NCBI RefSeq assembly: GCF_000195755.1
Contig: NC_002937.3
Span: 2,580,001 to 2,612,000 of the forward strand
Source of the DNA: Nitratidesulfovibrio vulgaris str. Hildenborough
Lineage (GTDB): Bacteria > Desulfobacterota > Desulfovibrionia > Desulfovibrionales > Desulfovibrionaceae
DNA length: 32,000 nt
Direction: 5' to 3'
Shown: positions 25,257-32,000 of the stretch, piece after piece
Layout of the letters: each line of letters opens with the position of its first letter
Numbering within the stretch: the stretch's first letter is position 1
The notes under the pieces: generated by a model
Told to the model about the DNA's origin: nothing
The model's database searches: none
The model's input: the letters and a program-made list of their open reading frames with translations, nothing else
Position numbers and translations under genes: made by a program

Positions 25257-26243
25257 ATGTTCCGACTTCTCTCACCGTCACGGTGCCGCCTTGCCATACA
25301 GGCGGGTTTCGCTCTCTTCCTTGTCTGGGTCGCCGTCCGCTTTCACGAACATGTGTCGTGGGTCATGGGTCAGGCGTCGGCCTACACGCCCAAACCCGGT
25401 GCCGTGGAGGGATTTCTGCCCATCGCGGCCTTCATGTCCTTCAAGCGTCTTCTCGTCACCGGCGAGTACGACCCCGTGCATCCCGCAGGGCTGACCATCT
25501 TCATCGCCATCATGCTCATGGCATGGTTGCTGCGCAAAGGCTTCTGCGGCCAACTGTGCCCCGTGGGGCTTGCCTCGTCGCTTCTCGAAAAGGCGGGGCG
25601 ACGGCTTGGAATACGCCGCCAGCCGGGGCCTCGTCTCGCACGGGTTCTCACCCTGCCCAAGTACATCGTGCTGGGCGGCTTCGTGTGGTTCATCGGAGTG
25701 CGCATGGGTGCGGGCGAAATCGAAGCCTTCATGTTCGCCCCGTATAACTTCGTCGCCGATACCAAGATGCTGCACTTCTTCATGTCCCCCTCCACGACGA
25801 CCCTTGTCGTGGTCGCTCTTCTCGCAGCCGGGTCGCTGGTGATGCCCTTTCTCTGGTGCCGCATGCTCTGCCCCTATGGCGCCCTGCTGGGCCTTATGGC
25901 CAAGGTCGGCCCTACCGCAGTCACCCGTGATGCGGCATCGTGCGTCGGGTGCGGCCAATGTGCCCGCGCCTGCCCTGCGGGTCTGCCAGTCAACACCTCG
26001 ACGCGCGTGAACGCCGCCGAATGCATGGGCTGCACCGAGTGCGTGGGGGCGTGTCCAGTCACGGGATGCCTGAACATCCGCACCCTGCGCTGGCGGCTTC
26101 CGTACTGGGCCATCGGAGCGGGCTGTCTCGCCCTGCTGGTGGCGTTGCGCCTTGTGGCCGGGCACTATGGCCTATGGGACGCGAACACCCCGCCGGAGAT
26201 GCTTCGCCGATTCCACATGATGGTCTTCGGCATGGGCGACTAG
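25257..26243 (+). CDS. Membrane-bound polyferredoxin, NapH/MauN-like 4Fe-4S binding protein
   Basis: The ATG at 25257 follows GGAGA with a 4-nt spacer, giving 328 aa. Hydrophobic helices with CGQLCPVG and CRMLCPYG motifs. C-terminal CVGCGQCARACP and CMGCTECVGACP ferredoxin motifs. The track ORF's 137-aa N-terminal extension looks non-coding. Confidence 0.75.
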   Translation: MFRLLSPSRCRLAIQAGFALFLVWVAVRFHEHVSWVMGQASAYTPKPGAVEGFLPIAAFMSFKRLLVTGEYDPVHPAGLTIFIAIMLMAWLLRKGFCGQLCPVGLASSLLEKAGRRLGIRRQPGPRLARVLTLPKYIVLGGFVWFIGVRMGAGEIEAFMFAPYNFVADTKMLHFFMSPSTTTLVVVALLAAGSLVMPFLWCRMLCPYGALLGLMAKVGPTAVTRDAASCVGCGQCARACPAGLPVNTSTRVNAAECMGCTECVGACPVTGCLNIRTLRWRLPYWAIGAGCLALLVALRLVAGHYGLWDANTPPEMLRRFHMMVFGMGD

Positions 26244-26342
26244 CCGTGCGCCCCCCCTCATGAAGCCCCGGCACATGCCGTGGCAATGCACACCAAAGGC
26301 TAGTGCCGCAACGGATTCCAGACAGGAACCTTCGTGTTTCAC

Positions 26343-26370
26343 TTGCCTTTTTGAGCGGCGGCATTAGAGT
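26343..26370 (+). promoter_or_regulatory. Candidate sigma70-type promoter upstream of htpX
   Basis: TTGCCT (26343-26348), 16-nt spacer, TAGAGT (26365-26370), about 60 nt before the GTG start. Sequence-only prediction. It does not match a sigma32 consensus well. Confidence 0.25.
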
Positions 26371-26429
26371 ATCCCTGTCCGGCCCGAACCCAAGGCTCGC
26401 GACCGAACCCCAACAAGGAGACCCCTGCC

Positions 26430-27290
26430 GTGACGAGTCAGATCAAGACCGCCATGCTACTGGCCCTGCTATCCGCCATGATCATCCTCCTCGGAGGGGC
26501 CATGGGCGGCAAGACGGGCATAGTCATCGCCTTCGGCCTCGCCCTTGTCATGAACGTGGGCAGCTACTGGTATTCCGACAAGATCGTCCTTTCCATGTAC
26601 CGTGCGCAAGAGGTGTCGCCCGCAGACGCCCCCATGCTGCACGCCATGGTGGATGAACTGGCGGCCAAGGCGGGCATCCCCAAACCCCGCGTGTGCATCA
26701 TCCCCGAAGAGGCTCCCAACGCCTTCGCCACCGGGCGCGACCCGGCACACGGCGTCGTAGCCGTCACGCAGGGCATCATGCGCATTCTCTCGCCTGAAGA
26801 GCTGAAGGGGGTTCTGGCCCACGAAATAGGCCACATCGCCAACCGCGACATCCTCATCCAGACCGTCGCCAGCGTCATGGCATCCGCCATCGTATCCATC
26901 GCCAACATGATGCAGTGGGCAGCCATCTTCGGCTTCGGGCGCTCCGACGACGAAGAGGGCGGCACCAACCCGCTTGTGGCCATCCTGCTTGCCATCGTCG
27001 CACCCATCGCGGCGTCGCTCATCCAGTTCGCCATCTCGCGTTCGCGCGAATACCTCGCCGACGACGCAGGCGCGCAGTATGCGGGCAACCCGCTCTATCT
27101 CGCCAACGCCCTGCAGAAACTCGACGCATGGAGCAAGCGCATTCCCATGCAGTCCGCCAACATGGCTACCGAGAGCATGTTCATCGTCAGCCCTCTCACC
27201 GGGGGCGGAATAAGCTCGCTCTTCAGCACCCACCCGCCCATCGAGGAACGGGTCTCACGGTTGCAGGCCATGGCGGCAGGACGCCGTTAA
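26430..27290 (+). CDS. htpX: Zinc metalloprotease HtpX (M48 family)
   Basis: GTG start at 26430, 8 nt after AAGGAGA (26415-26421). 286 aa. Two N-terminal helices, HEIGH zinc motif (LAHEIGHIANRD), conserved NAFATG and SREYLADD blocks, C-terminal STHPPIEERV. Confidence 0.9.
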   Translation: MTSQIKTAMLLALLSAMIILLGGAMGGKTGIVIAFGLALVMNVGSYWYSDKIVLSMYRAQEVSPADAPMLHAMVDELAAKAGIPKPRVCIIPEEAPNAFATGRDPAHGVVAVTQGIMRILSPEELKGVLAHEIGHIANRDILIQTVASVMASAIVSIANMMQWAAIFGFGRSDDEEGGTNPLVAILLAIVAPIAASLIQFAISRSREYLADDAGAQYAGNPLYLANALQKLDAWSKRIPMQSANMATESMFIVSPLTGGGISSLFSTHPPIEERVSRLQAMAAGRR

Positions 27291-27325
27291 GCCTGTCTGG
27301 CCGCAGTACGCAAAATGCACCCACC

Positions 27326-27349
27326 GGGCCGCCTCAGGGCGGCCCTTTT
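27326..27349 (+). terminator. Rho-independent terminator after htpX
   Basis: GGGCCGCC (27326-27333), loop TCAG, GGCGGCCC (27338-27345), then TTTT (27346-27349). 36 nt after the stop. Confidence 0.7.
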
Positions 27350-27364
27350 GCCTTCGGAGTCATC

Positions 27365-27898
27365 ATGGACGACGTAAAGACATGCCCTGCACACGATGAA
27401 CGCCACGGTACCGGTGCCGCCACCGATGACACCCTGCATGCCGTAGCCCCCGGAGGCACGGCGGCTGGCGAAGAAGAGATGCCGGTACACCCCGACCTTG
27501 AAGCTTTCATCGAGAGCATTCCGTGGCACCGGCATCTCGGACTGAAAGTACTGGCACTCCACCCCGGTCATGCCCGGCTGGTCATCCCCTTTCAGGCGGG
27601 CTTCACCGGCAACGCCGCCCGCGGGGCATTGCATGGCGGCATCATCGCCTCGCTGGCCGACAGTTGCGGCAACGCCGCGCTATGGACCCACTTCGGCCCT
27701 GACGACCGCATCGCCACCATCAACATCGGGGTCGACTACTTTCGTCCCGCCCCCCTTGCCGACCTCATGGCCGAGGCCGAAGTGCGGCTGCTTGGCAACC
27801 GCATCGGCAATGTGCACGTAAGACTGGCACCGTTGGCCGAGCCCTCACAGACGGTGGCGGAAGGACGCACGGTGTGCTATGTAAAGCGCATGTCGTAG
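27365..27898 (+). CDS. PaaI-family hotdog-fold thioesterase
   Basis: GALHGGIIASLADSCGNAAL and ATINIGVDYFRPA blocks typical of PaaI / 'uncharacterized domain 1' thioesterases. The ATG at 27365 follows GGAG with a 5-nt spacer, but it lies only 16 nt past the htpX terminator. The ATG at 27479 would give a more typical 139-aa protein. Confidence 0.7.
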   Translation: MDDVKTCPAHDERHGTGAATDDTLHAVAPGGTAAGEEEMPVHPDLEAFIESIPWHRHLGLKVLALHPGHARLVIPFQAGFTGNAARGALHGGIIASLADSCGNAALWTHFGPDDRIATINIGVDYFRPAPLADLMAEAEVRLLGNRIGNVHVRLAPLAEPSQTVAEGRTVCYVKRMS

Positions 27899-27927
27899 GC
27901 TCGACCTGCGGCAACAAGGAGCGCAAC

Positions 27928-28380
27928 ATGCACACACGTTTCCTGCACGCCACCATATGCGCGCTGGGTCTTGCAGCCCTGCTGGCAGGCTGCGTCACCG
28001 GAGGTTCCGGTAGCCGCGCGGCTTCGGGCGACTGTCCCGGCATCTATACCATCGGCGATGCCTCATACGACTTCAAGCTGGCCATGGGCGCCAACATCAT
28101 CCGTCCGGGCCGCATCCCCGCCGAAGAGGTTCCCGCCGGACTTCCCGCGACCTTCCTCGAAGACGACGGCAGCTACGGTGGTGCGCCTGTCTATTGCACT
28201 GCCGGAGAGGCCCGCGACGACATCGCCCACCTTCTGAAGGCGGGCAAACTTCCGCCTGATGTTGACTGGCAGGTCTATCAGCTTGAAGGCATCTGGAAGG
28301 ACGACACCTATCCCATCAAGAAGGGTGAATACAGACTGCTGAAGCCCGCCCGCGTCCTCGATAAGGTCGAAGGCAAGTAG
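27928..28380 (+). CDS. Lipoprotein of unknown function (150 aa)
   Basis: The ATG at 27928 follows AAGGAG (27916-27921). Signal peptide with lipobox LLAGC (MHTRFLHATICALGLAALLAG|C). No recognisable domain. Confidence 0.65.
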   Translation: MHTRFLHATICALGLAALLAGCVTGGSGSRAASGDCPGIYTIGDASYDFKLAMGANIIRPGRIPAEEVPAGLPATFLEDDGSYGGAPVYCTAGEARDDIAHLLKAGKLPPDVDWQVYQLEGIWKDDTYPIKKGEYRLLKPARVLDKVEGK

Positions 28381-28565
28381 CACGACACAGTACGCTCTTC
28401 CGCCCTGCCAGCCCTTCCAGCTATCGCGCCGTGTCTGCTCTCGCCGCACTCTCCGCCTGGTTGTCTGGCCAAGGGCTGCCAAGGACGCAAGGGCTGTGCT
28501 CACGCTTGCACGTACGACGGCTGCAAGGGCGTTGAAGCGTGACTGCAGAGACTGGAAAACGACAG

Positions 28566-28587
28566 GAGCCGGGGCATGCCCCGGCTC
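28566..28587. terminator. Palindromic hairpin serving as a likely bidirectional terminator between convergent lipoprotein genes
   Basis: GAGCCGGGG-CATG-CCCCGGCTC, a perfect 22-nt palindrome. TTTCTT follows on the plus strand and CTGTCGTTTTCC follows on the minus strand. 29 nt past the minus-strand stop at 28616. Confidence 0.6.
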
Positions 28588-28615
28588 TTTCTTGCATCAT
28601 GTCAGCCTTGTGGGC

Positions 28616-29350
28616 TTACTTTTCGTCGGTGAAGAGATAGCGCGTATCGGGTTCCATGCGGCCTGCAAGTCCCGTGAACCCTCGCTGGGACACGTCAGCG
28701 GCGACGACCGGCGCAGCCACGTCGGACACCGCCCCCCCGAAAGCGACATCGAAGACGGACTGTGCCCGCTTCGCAAAGGCGACAAGTCGTTCGTCCCCGC
28801 CAAAGGTGGGCAAGCCCCCTGCAAACGACTCCGGCAACGGTTCGCGGTATTCAAGCACGATCTTGACCTTCCGGAATTCTTCAAGCCGTGTGAAACGACG
28901 GGCCAGCCACTTCTTCGGCCCCGTGCCGTTCTTGAGCGCAAACGCTGCAAAGGCATCGTCCGTCACATCCACCACATGGGTGGATGCTTCGAAATCGCGC
29001 CCTCCAAACTGCACCGTCCCCTTGTCCACATCACGGAGTGATGCGGAGAGGTCAAGACTCCACTGCCAGCCTTCCGGCACTTCTCCGATGATGGTGACAG
29101 CCTGTCCTGTCGAGGCTCCGGCTGCGGGTGCATAAAGCCTGTAGTAGAGGCGGGGGGCTTTGAAGCCCAGTTCAGTGTAGAGTTGGGGGGTTGCCACGCC
29201 CGACACCACAGGCGTCATGGCAGGTACCGTTATGGCAAGCGGGGGCTTCGCGCCTGAAACGAGGGCGTCTCCAGATGCGCCACGCTGCAAAGGAGCACAT
29301 GCCGCCACCGACAGCAGCAGCGCACCGAGAATAATCAGAGGACGGAACAT
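28616..29350 (-). CDS. Lipoprotein of unknown function (244 aa)
   Basis: AGGAGG 6 nt before the ATG at 29350. Signal peptide MFRPLIILGALLLSVAA|C with a lipobox. No recognisable domain. Confidence 0.65.
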   Translation of the reverse strand: MFRPLIILGALLLSVAACAPLQRGASGDALVSGAKPPLAITVPAMTPVVSGVATPQLYTELGFKAPRLYYRLYAPAAGASTGQAVTIIGEVPEGWQWSLDLSASLRDVDKGTVQFGGRDFEASTHVVDVTDDAFAAFALKNGTGPKKWLARRFTRLEEFRKVKIVLEYREPLPESFAGGLPTFGGDERLVAFAKRAQSVFDVAFGGAVSDVAAPVVAADVSQRGFTGLAGRMEPDTRYLFTDEK

Positions 29351-29741
29351 GTCGAACCTCCTGAATGGCTGATGTTACGGCGTGATGCCGTTGCCGTATT
29401 CTAGGCATTCCTGCGGAAATGACCAGTGGCTCGAAATGGATTGTGGTTGATGCGAGAGCACGAGGAAACAAGGCGATCTTCTGTAACCCGTACGGCATAA
29501 ACGCAAATGCGCCACCCGAGTCTTCATATGCACGAAAACGGCGGGGCACGATGACGCCTTTTTAACGACGAGCACCCCCCGGCGCCATTCATGCTGTAGA
29601 CCTAGCATGGCTGGTTCGATGACCATCATGTCCCGTAGCCTCGTGTGCGTTTCGCGATCGAAATGCATCAGGCGTGTAACAATGATGAACCCGGCACAAC
29701 GTACGAGCAGCAGATGCTACGTGGAGCAAAAGAAACGAGAA

Positions 29742-29765
29742 AAGGCCACCCGCAAGGGTGGCCTT
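29742..29765 (-). terminator. Rho-independent terminator of ftsZ (end of the division cluster)
   Basis: On the minus strand: AAGGCCACCC-TTGC-GGGTGGCCTT followed by TTCTCGTTTCTTTTGC. About 130 nt past the ftsZ stop. Confidence 0.65.
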
Positions 29766-29896
29766 CCCGTAAACCGGTCCAGGACGGAGAGGCGTCATTC
29801 CGTTGATCCCGGACGCGGGGTCTATCTGTCGCGAATGGTGCACCACCGGGCCGCAAACAGCCCGTCTACCCCCTGTATGGTGCCCCGCAACGGGGA

Positions 29897-31246
29897 CTAG
29901 TCGGCCTGCTTGCGAATGAACGTGGGCAGTTCGAACTCGTCCTCGTCGAAAATGAAATCATCCTCCCCCGGCACGTGCCCTCCATTGGAACGGCTGATGC
30001 CGGAAGGATTGCGGGTCTGTTTGCGCAGGTATGCGGGGATGTTCCTGTCTTCATCAGAGAAGTTGGACAACCCGCGCCCCGGCGCGACCTGCTGTGCCTG
30101 CTGGGGAGCCTGCTGCGGCTGCTGCGGGGCCTGCTGCGGCTGCTGACGCCCGAATTCGGCTACGGGGCCGGACTCGACACGGGCCTGCGGTGCAGGGCGC
30201 TGTGCGGCGGGTGCCGCCTGCTGCTGCGAAGGACGACGGAACTGGGCGATGTTGCCGTTCTGTGCGTTGGGTGTGACGGTGGCCGAACCACAGGCTTCGA
30301 TGCCGGTGGCGATGACGGTGATGCGCATCTCATCGCCAGCCGACTCGTCGAAGACCGTACCGAAGAAGATGCGCGCCTCATCGTGTGCGGCTTCCTGAAT
30401 GATGCCTGCGGCTTCGCTGACTTCGTCGATGGTGAGGTCGGGACCGCAGGTGATGTTCATGAGCACACCACGTGCACCGTCGATGGAGACGTCTTCAAGC
30501 AGCGGGCTGGTGATGGCCTTCATGGCGGCCTCGCGGGCACGCGACTCGCCACGGGCGATGCCTGCGCCCATCATGGCAAGACCCGACTCGCCCATGACGG
30601 CCTTCACGTCGGCGAAGTCGAGGTTGATGAGGCCGGGCACCATGATGAGGTCGGAGATGCCCTTGACGGCGAAGTAGAGCACTTCGTCAGCCTTCTTGAG
30701 CATTTCCACGAAGGTGGCCTTCTTGGGGGCCAGCGAAAGCAGCCTGTCGTTGGGGATGGTGATGAGGCTGTCCACATGCTCGCGGAAGTCGGCAATGCCC
30801 TGTTCCGCGGCTTCAAGGCGCTTGCGGCCTTCGAAGAAGAAGGGCTTGGTCACCACACCCACGGTGAGCGCGCCCATCTCGCGGGCGGCCTGCGCGATGA
30901 CAGGGGCTGCACCGGTACCGGTGCCGCCACCCATGCCTGCGGTGACGAACACCATGTCGGCTTCACCGATGCAATCCTTGATCGCGTTCATGCTCTCGAC
31001 GGCAGCGTCACGACCTATTTGCGGATTGGCACCGGCGCCGAGGCCCTTGGTGAGTTTTTCGCCAAGCTGTATCTTGAGTTCCGCCGAAGAACGGCCAAGG
31101 GCCTGCACGTCGGTGTTCGCGCAGATGAAGGTCACGCCCTTGAGCGTGGAGGTGATCATGTTCTGCACGGCGTTGCCGCCGCCGCCACCTACGCCTATGA
31201 CCTTGATCTTGGCGGAGTTCTCGATGTCGATATCCATGAATTCCAT
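29897..31246 (-). CDS. ftsZ: Cell division GTPase FtsZ
   Basis: 449 aa. [10 protein letters not shown] and [11 protein letters not shown] tubulin signature. Gln/Pro-rich linker and conserved C-terminal peptide [23 protein letters not shown] upstream of the ATG. Confidence 0.97.
   Translation of the reverse strand: MEFMDIDIENSAKIKVIGVGGGGGNAVQNMITSTLKGVTFICANTDVQALGRSSAELKIQLGEKLTKGLGAGANPQIGRDAAVESMNAIKDCIGEADMVFVTAGMGGGTGTGAAPVIAQAAREMGALTVGVVTKPFFFEGRKRLEAAEQGIADFREHVDSLITIPNDRLLSLAPKKATFVEMLKKADEVLYFAVKGISDLIMVPGLINLDFADVKAVMGESGLAMMGAGIARGESRAREAAMKAITSPLLEDVSIDGARGVLMNITCGPDLTIDEVSEAAGIIQEAAHDEARIFFGTVFDESAGDEMRITVIATGIEACGSATVTPNAQNGNIAQFRRPSQQQAAPAAQRPAPQARVESGPVAEFGRQQPQQAPQQPQQAPQQAQQVAPGRGLSNFSDEDRNIPAYLRKQTRNPSGISRSNGGHVPGEDDFIFDEDEFELPTFIRKQAD
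30109..30150. repeat. 2 x 21-nt tandem repeat inside the ftsZ linker (encodes PQQPQQA twice)
   Basis: CCTGCTGCGGCTGCTGCGGGG (30109-30129) versus CCTGCTGCGGCTGCTGACGCC (30130-30150). The first 16 nt are identical (17 of 21 positions overall). Flanked by further CTGCTG-type sequence from about 30088. Confidence 0.7.
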
Positions 31247-31295
31247 ACGCCTCTCCTTAAAGCCCCAAAGCGGTTCCTTCTGATAGACCCACGGT

Positions 31296-32000
31296 TTACG
31301 ATATGTCGGAGAACCACTTCCGCATTCTCGACAGCACGCGGTTGAACACGTTGCCGTCGCGGATGCGGAACTTGAGCTCCAGGCCTTCCTTCTCGGCGCC
31401 GTAGCGCAGAAGGCCGACGGCCGTGGCGAACTTCGGGCTGTTCACCACGTCCTTGAGTCCACCCACGTTCCGGGGGTAGCCGATGCGGGTGGGCATGTTG
31501 AAAATCTGCTCGCCGAGTTCCTGACAGCCCTCGATGAGCGCCGTGCCACCGGTGAGCACCACACCCGAGCCGATCTGGTTCTTGAAACCGGATCGCACGA
31601 GTTCCTGATCGACGAGCGAGAGAATCTCCTCCATGCGGGGCTCGCATATCTCGGCGAGCACCTGACGGGAGAGACGACGCGGTTCGCGGCCACCCACACT
31701 GGGCACCTCGATGAGCTCGTCGTTACGCACCATCTCGGCCATGGCGCAGCCATACTTCACCTTGATCTTCTCGGCGGAGATCATGGGCGTGCGCAGACCG
31801 AAGGCGATGTCGTTGGTGAGGTTCTGCCCCCCGAGGGCGAGCACCCCTGTGTGCTTGATGGAATCGTTGGCAAACACGGCGATGTCGGTGGTGCCCCCCC
31901 CGAGGTCGACGAGAGCGACGCCAATCTCCCTCTCCTCCTCGGTGAGCACCGCCTTCGACGAGGCCAGCGCCTCAAGCACGATATCCGATACGTCGAGCCC
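31296..32000 (-). CDS. ftsA: Cell division protein FtsA, C-terminal part (gene continues beyond the window edge)
   Basis: [22 protein letters not shown] and [12 protein letters not shown] actin-fold blocks, with the C-terminal amphipathic tail [10 protein letters not shown]. The reading frame stays open to position 32000. The 'M' at 31979 in the track is an internal GTG. Confidence 0.93.
   Translation of the reverse strand, partial: GLDVSDIVLEALASSKAVLTEEEREIGVALVDLGGGTTDIAVFANDSIKHTGVLALGGQNLTNDIAFGLRTPMISAEKIKVKYGCAMAEMVRNDELIEVPSVGGREPRRLSRQVLAEICEPRMEEILSLVDQELVRSGFKNQIGSGVVLTGGTALIEGCQELGEQIFNMPTRIGYPRNVGGLKDVVNSPKFATAVGLLRYGAEKEGLELKFRIRDGNVFNRVLSRMRKWFSDIS

Noticed and set aside
29599-29615. 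GGTTCGAT, a tRNA T-loop-like string
   Set aside because: The flanks cannot form a T-stem or acceptor stem, so no cloverleaf is possible.
29975-31345. 456-aa plus-strand ORF
   Set aside because: It is antisense to ftsZ.

Overview
The window is high-GC (roughly 65%) and reads like the core chromosome of a Desulfovibrio-type sulfate reducer. That assignment is an inference from gene content and composition, not a database hit. I recognised no rRNA, tRNA, CRISPR array, transposase, integrase or phage genes.

Gene order, left to right:
- GH57 glycoside hydrolase (+)
- small hypothetical (-)
- NfnAB/SudAB-type NADPH oxidoreductase pair with an 8-nt overlap (+)
- pstS-pstC-pstA with no pstB (+)
- a five-gene minus-strand operon: polytopic membrane protein, membrane protein fused to a monoheme cytochrome c, 11-heme cytochrome c, selenocysteine formate dehydrogenase alpha (the in-frame TGA splits it into two ORFs in the track), and the Fe-S beta subunit
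- GNAT acetyltransferase and a GAF protein with a kinase-like H-box but no ATPase domain (-)
- a 745-bp gap containing a 4 x 15-bp tandem repeat
- ComFB-like small protein
- a 570-bp gap
- PHP/HisJ-type phosphatase, tandem soluble ABC ATPase, TrpF-like isomerase and a 24-codon hydrophobic mini-ORF with its own terminator (+)
- NapH-like membrane polyferredoxin, htpX, PaaI-type thioesterase and a lipoprotein (+)
- a lipoprotein (-), then ftsZ and the 3' part of ftsA (-)

Many long ORFs in the track are mirror or antisense ORFs typical of GC-rich DNA, and I rejected them.

The most system-like content without a clear explanation is the formate dehydrogenase operon. Its electron-acceptor side is a large multiheme cytochrome plus two paralogous membrane proteins that carry cytochrome-bd subunit I-like motifs. 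The second candidate is the phosphatase/ABC-ATPase/TrpF-like/micropeptide operon together with the two oversized repeat-bearing intergenic regions around the ComFB-like gene.

All family assignments rest on motifs read by eye. No searches were run.
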